Shown in pieces: positions 25,901-39,300 of a stretch of 64,000 bases of DNA. The notes under the pieces are model-generated. The model saw only the letters and a program-made list of their open reading frames with translations. It did not search any database and was not told the origin of the DNA. The stretch comes from Octopus sinensis (lineage: Eukaryota): contig NC_043003.1 of NCBI RefSeq assembly GCF_006345805.1, forward strand, positions 65,844,001-65,908,000, read 5' to 3'. How positions within the stretch are numbered: position 1 is the stretch's first letter; each line of letters starts with the position of its first letter. The translations under genes and the position numbers were made by a program.

Positions 25901-28659
25901 TTTAACGAGGCAAAATATAGGTTATGGTTTTAGATTAGCGAACCAGTGATTGTGTATCTCAAGGAGAAGTGAGAACTGCTAACATTGATTTTCTCGTCCC
26001 GCCTCACATTGTTAAGTGACTGTTACCTCCCTTCGTATTGATAGTCATCCGGATCGCCCTTCGTGTGTAACATTATACAGTATTACCCAAAAGGAACTGT
26101 TAAAGGTTTCATTATAGAATTATAAAGGACGAAAAGGTAAGTGAACATGATGTATATAGATGTATGTTTTATAAATATTAAATCATTTGATTGTCTATGA
26201 AATATAGAGAATATTTACGGTAAAATGGCCAAACAGAATAAACAGTGTCTTTCTGCCGATGAGCTTTCAATCAATACCTTACATCTATTTGATTTGAAAC
26301 AAATACTTCAAATATACGAAAATGTATTACTCCACTGTAGCGAAATACTATTTTGCCAATCATATAAGCATTTTGAGATCAAACTGAATTTACTCCTTTC
26401 TTAGTTAGAAGTGGTCAGTCCAATCGAATTGAAAAATTGAATGGTGCTAGCAGTGCTATGTTCTTTGGACAGAATAGTTTCAAATGTATCATGAAGAATA
26501 GATGAGAAGAACCAAACGTAATGCAGTGGAAGTGGAATTCTTTTAAATTGAAATTGAAATTAGAAGTCGGGTTCACTTCACTGACCTTTAGTTTGTCCCA
26601 TTTTTGGTACTTTTCTTAGAACGCGATCATAAAAGTGTAGTCATCGTAATTAGCATATACTTTACGTGTTATCTAGGTAGTTTAGTGACAGGAAAATTTA
26701 TTTATAGATTATAGTAGAAAAGCGAAACTCCAGTAACAACAGAGGCTAAAGAAGAGAGTGGAGATTCTACATCATTAATTCCGATTTTCAATTTTGTATG
26801 CGTTGGTTCAAAGTACAACTACAATTAAGCCAACGGTCATGCTTCTTTTATTTAGGTTGTACACGTATTACTAAAGGAAACTACGATAAAATAAATGCTA
26901 GATTACTCTGTGCGGCTCGTTATATCAACGGGATTTACTGCTTTGGTAATTGCCAGGCTACACACTCACCCTGTAGAATTGTTCGAACAATCACATTTGG
27001 CTTATGCTATGAATTCTATTGTGTAATCTATAAATTACAAATACTTGGATATCTCTCGTTTCAGCACTATACTTTACATTACAATTATATTTAATATATA
27101 TTCGTAGTTGGTTTTAATGCAACTAGTTAATGAATAAAGCTTAGTAAGATCCAACTATTTATGTTGGTTATAAACATTGTGTTAGCAGAATATACTTGTC
27201 GTGCTGAGTTCCAAAATTTACTTCATTCCTCAGCTCTCTTACATCGACATCTGCAACGAAAATGCTTATTCTATCTTCTTGTGTTACATATTCTATGGTG
27301 AACCGAAGATGAAAACGTTTATACCATATTGTTAAATAAATGAATTAATTTTGCACATTTTCAGGTGGTAATTCCGTTAAGAGGATACTTTAACTGATTT
27401 GCGGGAGGAATCATATCTAAATCAAGATTTTCATAATTATTTCTTTATAATTAATGTCTATGTTTTGAAATTCCGAAACATGCAATCTATTTTCTTTTCT
27501 TAATAAACTGTTTCTCATGATGTAAGTGACCAAGATCACAGAATCCTGACCCGGCTAAACGGGACTCCAGTATGTTTTAGGATTCAAGGAAAACTATGTT
27601 TCGAGGGGATGGGAGCATGTTGATCTCAACGATCTCTTACTTTACTGGTACTTAATTTCATCAACCGCGAACGGATGAAAGATAATGTTGACCACAACGA
27701 GATTTTAACTAAGAACGTAACGCGCCAGAAGAATTGCCGCTAAGCTTTTCGTCCAACGTACTAACGATACTGTCAACTCACCACCTTAAAATATGCGAAT
27801 ATGCAATAAGAAGGGCATATATATATATTATCAAAATTTCCTCTCTAGACATCAGAGAATGCATAGGGCTCTTGTAAACATATACCACATGGATTATGTT
27901 TGGTGAGTTCGTTAGCATTTTGTACATATTCTCAGTTTTAATTTAGATACTGTATAGTAACCTTATTATTGGTATGATCCTAATCAGGTGAAGGTGTTTA
28001 TGCAAAGTCTTAAATGGGAAGGTAAAACAGTCGGAACAGACAACGCAAGGATTTTCTCCTGGCGTTTTAACAATTCTGCTGTGAGGTGAGCAGATGAAAA
28101 GCACTGGTGCCAACACTGAGACTTAGACTCAGAATTTAAAGCCGCAAGAGTTTGGCGTAGTGTATTCTATTAAGTATTAACGATTTTTCTAATTCGCAGT
28201 TCACACGTTAATTCATCGATTAACACATGTCTACAATTTCTTCTGACAAATTTTATTTGGCCTTGGAAATGTTCTCAATAAAATATGTTTGATACTTTGT
28301 AATAAAGTTTGAGCACACTAAGTATGATAAACTGTGTCTTCATCTTGTAGCTTCAGGACAGTGATCGATAGTTGCTTAGGTACAGAGCATCAATAGCATA
28401 TCTAAAGTTTACAAGTGGTCTGGTAACTCATATTCCGTTGTATTTGTTTGTCTGAATATTCGCTGCGGATAAAATTCATGATTTCTTTTAATGTTGGATC
28501 ACGTTTAATCATCATAAGAAATGTACTCCAGTGATCGATTAACACTGGGATGAATGCATTACTGATTGATTCGATCAGGAAGATATTGTTTAGATCACAT
28601 TAAGTTTACCAGGAAGAAGCCCTCGCATATCTTAGTTTAACAACACTGTTTATATATAT

Positions 28660-28703
<44 letters not shown>

Positions 28704-29338
28704 GTGCGTGCGTGCGCGCGTGTGTGTATTTGTGGATGCGTGTATCTATGTAGTATGTATATATGGCAGAATAGCTAAACTAGAGAGCCAAATACTTTAC
28801 ATTAAGTTCAAGTCTCATTGAGGTTAACATACATACATACTTACATACATACACTTATGTTCGTTTGTATGTATGTGTGTTTGTGCGTGTGTATGCGCGT
28901 GTGTGTGTTCTAATTCCATTAAATCTAGTAACGCTAGTACTAGATCGGCATCAAAGAGAATAAAAAAAAAATTATAGTCTACAGGGATAAAAGGAAACTG
29001 GAGAAGGTGATTCCCAGATTCTCAATCTTTGTACCATGGGATCGAATTCTGAGAATTTACCAACAGTAAATCTTCTGACATTAACTCAATAATATTGAAA
29101 CTCTCTGCAATAAGATGGGTGCTCTCACAGTCCCAATAACTGATATGTTTAGAATAAAGCTTTACTTACCTTATATATTTCAAAATGATCAACTAAGGTA
29201 GGTGACTATGGAAGGGTTACTTTACATGATTAGTAGAAACATGTATATTAAATATATTCGAAACATCAACAATAGGTTTCTTCCTTATTTTCACATATAT
29301 AAATGCATATGCATGCACACTGGGTGAATAGATTTAGT

Positions 29339-29790
29339 GCAGGATTGGCTATGTGATAAGAAACTTGCTTCCTGACCAAATGGTTCTGGGTTGATTCACA
29401 CTGCGTGGTACCTTGAGCAGATGCCTTGTACTTTGGCCTCGGGCCAACCAAAATCTTGTGAGTGGACTGGGGAGACGGAAACTGGAACAAGCCAATCGCA
29501 TATATATATATATATATATATATATACACGTGATTTTGTGTTTATGTGTGTATCTATATATGTGTGTCCTTGTGTCTGTCTTGTGTTCGCCAGCATCAGC
29601 TTGACAACCAGTGTTGGAGTGATTACGACCCCGTGATTCGAGCCTTTTGGCAAAGGAAACAGGTAAAGTAAGTACCAAGCTTAACAAAAAAATTAAGTAG
29701 TGAGGTCGATTAATTCGACTGAAAATTCTTCAAGACTGCCCCAGCATGGCCGCCGCCTAATGACTGAAATATGCAAATGAAAGAGATAAA
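29339..29790 (+). mobile_element. SINE family 2
   Basis: Same head, CACTGCGTGGTACCTTGAGCAG centre, internal (TA)n and tail. Confidence 0.8.
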
Positions 29791-30664
29791 AGATATAATG
29801 CGCACATATACATACACACATGCACACAAACAAACGCACATCACACCACACATACACACAAGCACGCACAGACACGAACGCACGCACACATGTATGTAAT
29901 TCAAAGACTGTACCTTCCAAAGGGATTCGAAAACCGCATATCTCTTGTAGATAGCGATTACATTCACCTTAAATCGTGTTTATAGTTTTGTCCTACTATA
30001 TTTGTTAAATCCCTATGTTCAGCTGCTGACCTTACAATGGTAGTCTGCATTATATCTGTAACCAACATCGCTGCTATCTTCGCCGTAAAAAGATACAGAA
30101 GCCATTTTTATCGGAACGTACTCCTGTCATTATCTTTGGCAATTAATCTCACAGTTTTAGTTGACATTGTTTTGGGAGTAGGATTTCGTTGCAGGTAGCG
30201 TTGCACATCATCTTAAACATTTGAAACGCATCAATAGAATCTCATTCAAGAGAGAGTAAAGTGATCACCCCATGTTGATTTATCGAATTATTCACAATAG
30301 TTATACATTCAAATTCATCCTCACCTACGCATAACAATATTTCCAAAGTGAATAGCATCGTGTTCCTATGGATTTTGTTCATTACGTGCATTAAAACGCT
30401 GTAAGTACAGTGGTACACCATTTATACTGTCTGCGAGCTTCTCAGTTGGATTCTTGAATATTAAGAATATTTTCAGACTTGAAAACGGACCAATGAAATC
30501 ATATCTGTGTGGAATGTATTTGTTTTCTTTGGTTTGATGGTGGATCAATTCTTTCTATGACTTCACCAGGAGCACACAGCTCCAAAGAAAGTGAAAGTTG
30601 TTTGTATGTCAGTAATTCGTTGATGATGTCTAGGAATGACCGCCACAGTCTCATTTGTTAGCAG

Positions 30665-30830
30665 AACAGAACAGCCTGAACCGGGCGATTCGTTGTGTTT
30701 TTGAAGTAAACATTTCAATTCACGTTGTTCCAATCCACAAAACGGGCAAAAACGAGTAATCTTGCTATTGACCAGCGTCCCGTCCCAGGTGGGGAATATA
30801 TACGCCATGAAAACCGGGAAATAGACCTTT
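30665..30830 (+). mobile_element. Decayed SINE body (family 3) directly upstream of the minisatellite
   Basis: CCGGGCGATTCGTTGTGTTTTTGAAGTAAACATTTCAATTCACGTTG ... GCGTCCCGTCCCAGGTGGGGAATATATACGCC..AAACCGGGAAA aligns with 48085-48325 and 50921-51165. Confidence 0.7.
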
Positions 30831-31102
30831 ATGAGTTTATATGACTCGCGAAGGAACTTTACTTATGAGTCTATTTGACACGCGAAGGATCTTTACTTCT
30901 GAGTCTATATGACTCGCAAAAGAACTTTACTTACGAGTCTATATGACTGGCGAAGGAACTTTACTAATGAGTCTATATGACTGGCGAAGGAACCTTATTT
31001 AGGTGTCTATACGTCTCGCGAAGGGACTTTACTTATGTGTTTATATGACTCGCGAATGAACTTTACTTCTGCGTCTATATGACTCGCGAAGGAATTTTAG
31101 AT
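30831..31102 (+). repeat. Minisatellite of 8 x 34 bp (consensus ATGAGTCTATATGACTCGCGAAGGAACTTTACTT)
   Basis: Units start at 30831, 30865, 30899, 30933, 30967, 31001, 31035 and 31069, with no spacers. Each has an internal GAGTC-TATAT-GACTC hairpin. Confidence 0.95.
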
Positions 31103-34100
31103 TTTATAAAAAAACACAGATTCAAACAATGAATTAAATCTGTAGGATACTGTCACTCTGAAGATGTTTAATTATGCACCGTATTCACACGTGATAGTCG
31201 ATTCGACGCTTTCAAACAGGACAGAAAGCATGCTATTCTGGTATTTAGGTGTGGAAAAATAACGTAGTTGATTTTCTTTATGTATCGTCAGTAAAATCAT
31301 TCTCATTCTTGACGATTCTAGTGTTGGTGATTCCTTTTCGTATACATGAATAAAGTATTCACTTCTTTTCTGATCTACATTTTCCCTTCGCTTATTCATT
31401 TCAAAACAATTAAACTGATAAACAACAACATCGCCAGAACAGTTTTGACAGATATGCAGTTATCATGGTTCCCACTGTTTTCACTCCAACTAAACGTATT
31501 AAAAATCTCAAAATATGTCAACAGTTCACTGATTTTTGTTGGTATCTTAAGTATTTCATCTACTCGGAAACTCGCCATAATAGATATAGCGTTCATATTC
31601 CTTTAAATTCATGATTTTGTTATCATACGTAAGAACAATTAATAAAACAAAGTAAGCAACAGTTTTGAATATTGTTTTCTAATTTTTAAGTCTCAAAGAG
31701 TTTCTTCTTGTCAAAACCTTCTCCGTGGATTTTACCAGTACTTATTTCCATATCTCCATTATGTAACAAACTGAAAAAACATCTGGAACCATAGCTCTAC
31801 CACCTTAAAAGAAGATACGATAAATTATGTCTTATAAGTGTGGGGTATACTTATATTTTCTCTAAAATATATATACGTGATGGTGATGTCTTCAATGTCT
31901 TTGATCATGCAACTTCCGTAGAACAAACAATTAGGTTACTTTAGTTATTTTATTCCCGATCTAAGTCTAAGCAGCAACAACTTCGTATTTGTCAGCTTCT
32001 GGAACATTTAGAGGTGTTAGTTGATTGAATTTTCCATTACATACTACATTGCATTAGTAACTATAGTTTGAACGAAACATTACATTGTTTTACTAAAAAA
32101 CAATACACACGTCTGTAATTTATAGCTTAGAAAATATACCTATTTCCCCCCCATCCCTTGATATTTCTTTAAAATAGATTGAATTAGAAGACTAAGTGAA
32201 ATATAAACGAAACATTTCTTTCTTGTGGAGAGACGTATTGCACATTTTTTATGATTTATGGACGAAGGAAATGTTATGTTTCTGTTTGCCAAAAACATTT
32301 TCTTGAAACCACTAACATTTATATTTATGCTTTGTTTAATGTGAATAAAATTTAAAGAGAGATAAAAGACAAAGGAAAATGCAAACATTTGTTTGTGAAT
32401 ATGGCAGATACCACAAAGTGTGTGTATTGCTTTTTCGTTGAATATAAACATGTTTGACAATATATGACAATATAATAGAACCCAAAATATATTTTGCAGA
32501 AAATGAAATACTGCCAATGTTACTCAGTCAAATATTGGCAATCTTGTTACATTTTCTGCAAAGTGGTGGCGTTGTCATTCAAATAAATGTAGCTAAGGCC
32601 ACCGAATATTTGTAAATCGAGAAAACAAAAATAAACGAATGATAAACAAAACAAGAGAAGAAATATATTGGTTGGAACTTAATAGAAATAGCGAATTCAT
32701 ATCTAAAAGAAACCAAGTCAAATTGATCAATCAAAAAGTGACATGAATGACAGTTTCTTAGCTTTGTAGGGAGCGAGAAATAAAAACTAGTTTCATAAAA
32801 ATAAGTACATATGACCAGTTAAAAAAAATGATATTGTTGCAAATACAAATTTGAAAGTCTAGTCTCGTATTTAGAAATGTATTTAGAAGTCGAGTGTGAG
32901 AAATATTTAAATACATTTACGTCGTTATACATATAGAAGGCATCACATATTTAGGGGAAAAAGTAAATGGTTTTGTATAAAGTAACAATATTTGTAATGG
33001 CCTATCCTTTTATATTTTGATACACGTTAGATCTCAATAGAACATTTTATGGAAGTTCTTTAAAGTAGCATGGATATTTCAGTTGAAAAGTTTAACAATC
33101 AAAGACCTAGTTTTACTATCGATTGAACAAGCACTTCTTGTTTTACTCGTGTCTGATACAAACACAGTAAAATCAACAAAATTCGACGTCAGTCAGATGG
33201 AATAAAACATTTTTTTGATAAACTCTGACAGGTGAAGAGTGTTTCGGTGTGTACATTTAGGAGAAATATTTTAACAGAGTTTGTTTCATACTAAATGTAT
33301 AAAACTTATTGATAAGTATTAAAACTTACCTATGGATTTTATAAATATTATTTAATTTACTCTCTTGATGAGTAAAAACGTGTTAAACCTATTCTGCAAC
33401 TGACAGTGGACAAAATTCTTAATTATTGTTTACAAACGACATCTATGAAGGAAATATAATGAACGCTAAATGGACATAATTATATAACACGTAAAATGAA
33501 AGAGTATTATTCATTTAGTATTACAATTTTTCATTCTTTCGGCAAAAACAGAAGCAACTCCAATTGATTATTACAGTTATTAGACTTCCTCAGCCATGTT
33601 TAACTTCCTTGTAAATGTCCAAGTAACAAGGCTCATTAGGTCACCTAAATCATTTTAATAGGCCAGAGGTTAAATTACTTGATTTTGGTTAATTATCAGG
33701 GAAATTAACTTGTTGCCACCTTGCAAACTCTTTATATTTTGATGTCATATTTTGATTTACATTTCTGCCGATTAGAATGGAATATTTGTGGAGATAACAT
33801 TTAAGGTTTTAGCTTGTTTATGTTTCATTTAGGCACAAGCAACTACAGACATTTAATTATCAAATTTAATTTATTTTTAATCTACTTCGTGCCACAAACA
33901 TATTGATTTCATACTCGAGCATCTAAAGGACTATGTTGACAAACATGTTCTTTGTAGTATTTAGTGAAATGTGATAGGCATTTTATTTTCAGTTCTATTG
34001 ATGGAACCTATATAGGTTTTTGCCACTGTCATAAGTGCACAATAAACTAAACACCTCTATCAATAATCTATAACTGTCTCTTTCTCTACTTAGCTTCTAA

Positions 34101-34444
34101 TTTACAATTTCGCTATAACACTCAGATAATTGTTGGTTTCATAAAATCAAACAACCTTTGGTTTTTATGTGACTTAATTAACTCAATTATTATTCACTGA
34201 ATCTCAACAACGTCCACAAGAACTGATCTTTTAAATTGATAGCCTCTCATCTTCATAACTGACCAAAGGAAGGGTCGAATCATTATAGTTAACAATATTT
34301 TTTAAGTATTCTCATTTTATTTATTTAGATATGATGTTTATTGTTTAATCAGTTATACTTTTATTGATAATGAAACAATAAAAATATTTCTAAACAAGTG
34401 CTTATGCAAAATAAAATTTCATGAATTTCAAGGACTTATATTTA

Positions 34445-34790
34445 ATTGGTTTCAAATTTTGGTACATGAACAGCATTTTGGGTGTGGGGTAAACCGATTA
34501 ACTTGAACCCAGTTCTCAACTGGTATCTATTTCATCGAACTCAAAAGGATGAAAGGCAAAGTCGACCACACCGGAAATGAAAATCAGAACATGGAGAAAG
34601 CAGGATCGTCAGCACGCCGAGCAAAACGCTTAGCGGCATTTCGTCCATCTTAACGTTCTGAGTTCAAATTCAGTTGACGTCGACTTTGCAGAGTCAATAA
34701 AATAAATAACACTCAAATACTGTAATCGATGTAATCGACTTACGCCCTTTCCCGAAATTGTTAGCCTTTGGGAAAATATGAAACCAATAT
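34445..34790. mobile_element. Head-to-head inverted pair of decayed family-1 SINEs
   Basis: Minus copy about 34445-34590 (GGATGAAAGGCAAAGTCGACC) and plus copy about 34598-34790 (GTTCTGAGTTCAAATTC..GTCGACTTTGC). Confidence 0.65.
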
Positions 34791-35040
34791 TAGACAGATA
34801 TACTGAATGTATTAGAGTATTTCTTTTGAATCATTCTCATGATATGATCTGGAATTATATTTGGTCTAAATTGATGAATAGCTATCATTGACACACTTAA
34901 GATAATTCAATTGACATTTGTGTTTATACCTTCGAAATTTACAGCTGTAGTGATCAAATGAAAATAATGGTATCTGAGAGCGTTCAGTCTTTTATAATAA
35001 AATGTCCAATAGTTTTATCAGTAAAAATTATCCTTATTTT

Positions 35041-35420
35041 CTGTTGTGTCTGGGGAGAATCATTTTCTGTTCGTGTCTTATTATTTAACACACTCACCGG
35101 TATAATTTCCATTTATTTCTTATTTTTATTTTCCTAAAATTTTCGTTGCATGTTGCAACCTTTTCAATAGCTTTGTTCCTAAAATGTTCGTTGCGTGTTG
35201 CAACCTTTTCAATGGTTTTGACTCTCAAAACTATTGAAAAGGTTGCAACACGCAACGAAAATTTTAGGAAAATAAAAATAAGAAAAAAGTGGAAATTTTA
35301 CCGGTGATGTGTGTTAAATAATAAAGCACGAAAAGAAAATGACTCTCCCCAGACACAACAGAATATGCTTCAACACACGAACTCATATAAAGAATCTTGC
35401 AAACCAAATCTAAAAACGAA
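35041..35420. mobile_element. Palindromic MITE-like element, copy 2 (about 320-bp fold-back)
   Basis: Arms from CTGTTGTGTCTGGGGAGAATC (35041) to GACTCTCCCCAGACACAACAG (35361) pair almost to the centre near 35225. The left arm has an internal ~45-bp tandem duplication. Confidence 0.8.
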
Positions 35421-35589
35421 ATATCCTTATTTTCTTATTTCTAAAAATTCATTTCATGATTTTGAAATACAAATGACGTTGGTAATTATAGGTAATAATT
35501 ATAATAACAAAATACATAATTAGCATTGATTAACATCACTTCACATTAACAGTATAAACATATTGTAGATAATGAAAGTGCGGGCCCGT

Positions 35590-35825
35590 CGTTTAGCGAT
35601 TACCGTATTGCATCCATAATCGCAAGATTGTATTTTCAATATTTGGATCGTGCGAAAACTTCTGCTCTTCAGCAAAACACTTTATTTCCCGTTGCTCAAT
35701 TCCACTCAGCTGACAAAAATTAGTCAACCTGCGCTGCACCGGTTTCCTATCCAGTGGGGAAATATATACGCCACAAATTCCGGAAAATCGACCAGATGAC
35801 CCTGTGGATCGGGAAGGACCATTGA
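35590..35825 (+). mobile_element. Decayed family-3 SINE
   Basis: CAGCAAAACACTTTATTTCCCGTTGCTCAATTCCACTCAGCTG..AAAAATTAGT and CCAGTGGGGAAATATATACGCC match the other family-3 copies. Confidence 0.6.
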
Positions 35826-35984
35826 TCATGATATTAGGTAAGCAAAATATGAAGAATGCAATGGATATTATTGTCATAATTGTTTACCGAGAAAACGTTT
35901 ACAACTCCGATTATTGTTATGTATTCAACATATGCAACAATATCATGAACAACATGTAAACTCGTATATTGTACAGTAAACTGT

Positions 35985-36165
35985 AGGCGTAGGAGTGGCT
36001 GTGTGGTAAGTAGCTTGCTTACGAACCACATGGCTCCGGGTTCAGTCCCACTGCGTGGCACCTTCGGCAAGTCTCTTCTACTATAGCCTCGGGCCGACCA
36101 AAGCCTTGTGAGTGGAAAGAAGCCCGTCGTATATATGTGTATATATATATATATATGTATGTATG

Positions 36166-36243
<78 letters not shown>

Positions 36244-36480
36244 ATGTATGCATGTATGTATGTATGTGTGTGCATATGTTTGTGCGTCTGTGTTTGTCCC
36301 CCTAACGTCGCTTGACAACCGATGCTGGTGTGTTTACATCCCCGTGACTTAGCGGCTTGGCAAAATAGACCGATAGAATAAGTACTAGGCTTACAGAGAA
36401 TAAGTGCTGGGGTCGATTTACTCGACTAAAGGTGGTGCAACAGCATGGCCACAGTCAAATGACTGAAACAAGTAAAAGAG
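35985..36480 (+). mobile_element. SINE family 2 with a long internal microsatellite
   Basis: GGAGTGGCTGTGTGGTAAG, GGGTTCAGTCCC, about 150 bp of internal TA/TG repeat and a complete tail. Confidence 0.85.
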
Positions 36481-36739
36481 TATATAATATTCGTGTTCCA
36501 GAACTGAATATTGCAAGGAAAAAAAAATTTCTATGAGTAGCTTCCTTTCCGGCAATGAGCACCATACCAAGAAATCTACAGGTATTTCTTGTGTATATCG
36601 AACGTACAATACTGGGACATCTCATTCCAGCAATGTGTTTTATTGTCTATGAATTTCAAAAACGTTATAACTCTCAGATCATGGGACTATACACCACTTA
36701 ATATATATATATATATACATATATACATACATATATACC

Positions 36740-36958
36740 AAAAGGGGCTAAACATAGAGGAGACAAACAAGGACAGACAAACGGATTAAGTCGATTATAT
36801 CGACCACAGTGCGTAACTGGTACTTATTTAATCGACCCTGAAAAGATGAAAGGCAAAGTCGACCTCGGCAGAATTTGAGCTCAGAACGTAACGGCAGACG
36901 AAATACCGCTAAGTATTTCCACCGGCGAGCTAACGATTCTGCTAGCTCGCCGCCTTAG
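36740..36958 (-). mobile_element. Monomeric SINE family 1 (tail B)
   Basis: Full head, central domain and tail B, without a second monomer. Confidence 0.85.
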
Positions 36959-39079
36959 TATATATATATATATTAATGCAAGAATATATTCGGGGTTTTC
37001 AACATACTTGTCAAAAAAAAAAATGATCCGTTGTGCTCTGTATGGCACAGTTCAAGTTTAAAAAAATACGTATCTTTAACTTAATTTTGTTTAATTACTG
37101 CCCTTGATTTTCTGCCCCAGGTTTAATAATTCAGCGTCTTTCCCACAAAACGGAAGTAATTTTAATTGTTTTTGGTACACTAAATTAACCATATGATCCT
37201 TCAGTCGGATGAATTATATTGTTCCATGGACAAGGAAGTAATTATCCCTAGCATACAGCAACATTTTAATAAATTGATAACATAGCACTATAAAACGTTT
37301 GGTCCTGTCAAAAACTCTTTGAAAGCACTATCGTCGCCATCATCATTTGTTTTGGGGTCTTTTTGTGCGTGTGTCTGTGTGTTTGCAGGCACGCGTACGC
37401 GGCCTTCTGCCAAATTAGAAAAACCATTAAAATATATAATATAAAAATTTACAAGTGGTATTATTTGGCCTGCCAAATCACCTCACAGAGGCGAATAATG
37501 TGCCAAGTTTTGATTAATAAATTCAAATGTGCTTAAGTGTGCTTACTTAATAGTTAAATAGCCCATACTTCAATATAATTAAAATAATCGTGTTTTACTC
37601 AATATGAAATAAACGAATTCTCATATTTTTCACAAACATTAAACGACTTTTAGCATCGAAGTCATACAGAGAAAATGAAGCTAGTTTATGTTCTGACCAC
37701 ATTTCTCTTTCATTTCTCTGTCTCTTTCTTTCGTCCCAGGTGATCAAGATATGAAACGAATAAAGTTTTATTAATATAACTATCTCGATGCACAGATTCA
37801 GCATTTTACGGCCTGCGGCAAATAAACGTCATACAGGGGAGTTAGCGTTCTGTTGTAACGCAGCCCACTGAAAGATATAGACTGAAGACTATTTAATATT
37901 CTATTCAATATTTTATAATGATGTGACAATATATGTCATTTATAATGTTAGATTTTCTCATAACAAATTTCCATAATCCATCGTTCATTTCTAAAATTTA
38001 TAGCCTTGGTGTTGAACGTTTGAAAGCGCAAGAGCAATGCAAGCCAATTACCGAAACTAGATTTTTTTCCTAGTAAACGTCAATTCATATTACTTACGCA
38101 ATTAATATTCTAGAAAATGTCACGAAAATTATATAATTTTATTTGCCTTCCCTATAAATTTCTGAGAATTTTGCGAAAATAAAACTTCAATTCTTCTAAC
38201 GCAGTGGTAGTAATAACTGATATATATGGAAGGAACGCCGTCGATAGAGTCAAATATATTAAAGGTTTTGCGTCGGGTAATTGGGAAGATCAGGTGATTT
38301 ACATATCCAGCAAGACATCAACTGCTGAAATATGCAAAGAATCTTTATTTATTCATATTTAGATAACAAATTAAAAGCAACATAAAATTAAGTATTGGCA
38401 CGATGATGCGAGTAAATATGGAATTTACACACCTTGGTAATCATAAAATTTATTTTTATGAGGAAAATATCTTTTTCTTGTATCAAAGTTTTAAAATACT
38501 TGCAAATAAAGGTATGACATGTCGTTAAATATTGATCATAAAGGTGGAAATATTTATATTCCTCTTACTAATTAAATCAATCAATATATGCTGCTATTAA
38601 GAAGAAGTATCGACAATTATCACGTAATACTATTGATTTGTTTCGATTATAGAGAAAGCCAATAGCTACCAGGCTGCATTAGTGTACACAAACACAAAAC
38701 TGAATCATCACAATCACGATATAGCTGGCACACATAGTCGTAAATTATAAGTCGGTATTGGTGAATACTTGACTTCAGAGCTAAACTAACGTAACGATAT
38801 ATAAGGGTTTCAGTTATAACAGAGCCCATCTCTGATAACACTGCACTACGTGAATACATCGTTAGCTAATACACGTACAATGTCGATTTTGCGTAGCCTT
38901 TAGTTACAAAGCCTTTCCGAATTACTGATTTCTTCCGGATCAGGGGTGATCACCTTAGTCAACAGACCCTAAAGTAGACTAATACTAAATTTATTTAAAT
39001 AATTTATTGACATGCATATACCTGTACATTACTATAAATGTATATTACTATAATTTACTATAGTCACTTATTGCATTAT

Positions 39080-39300
39080 TGCCCACAAGGGGCTAAACAT
39101 AGAAGGGACAAACAAGGACAGACAAAGTGATTTAGTCGATTACATCGACCCCAGTGCGCAACAGTACTTAATTTATCGACCCCGAAAGGATGAAATGCAA
39201 AGTCGACCTCGGGGGAATTTAAACTCAGAACGTAACGGTAGAAGAAATACCGCTAAGTATTTCGCCCGGCGAGCTAACGATTCTGCCAGCTCACCGCCTT
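39080..39300 (-). mobile_element. Monomeric SINE family 1 (tail B)
   Basis: Same structure as 36740-36958. Confidence 0.85.

Noticed and set aside
30831-31102. Palindromic 34-bp repeats as a CRISPR array
   Set aside because: The units are contiguous with no spacers, the context is eukaryotic, no cas genes are present, and the unit matches a SINE tail.
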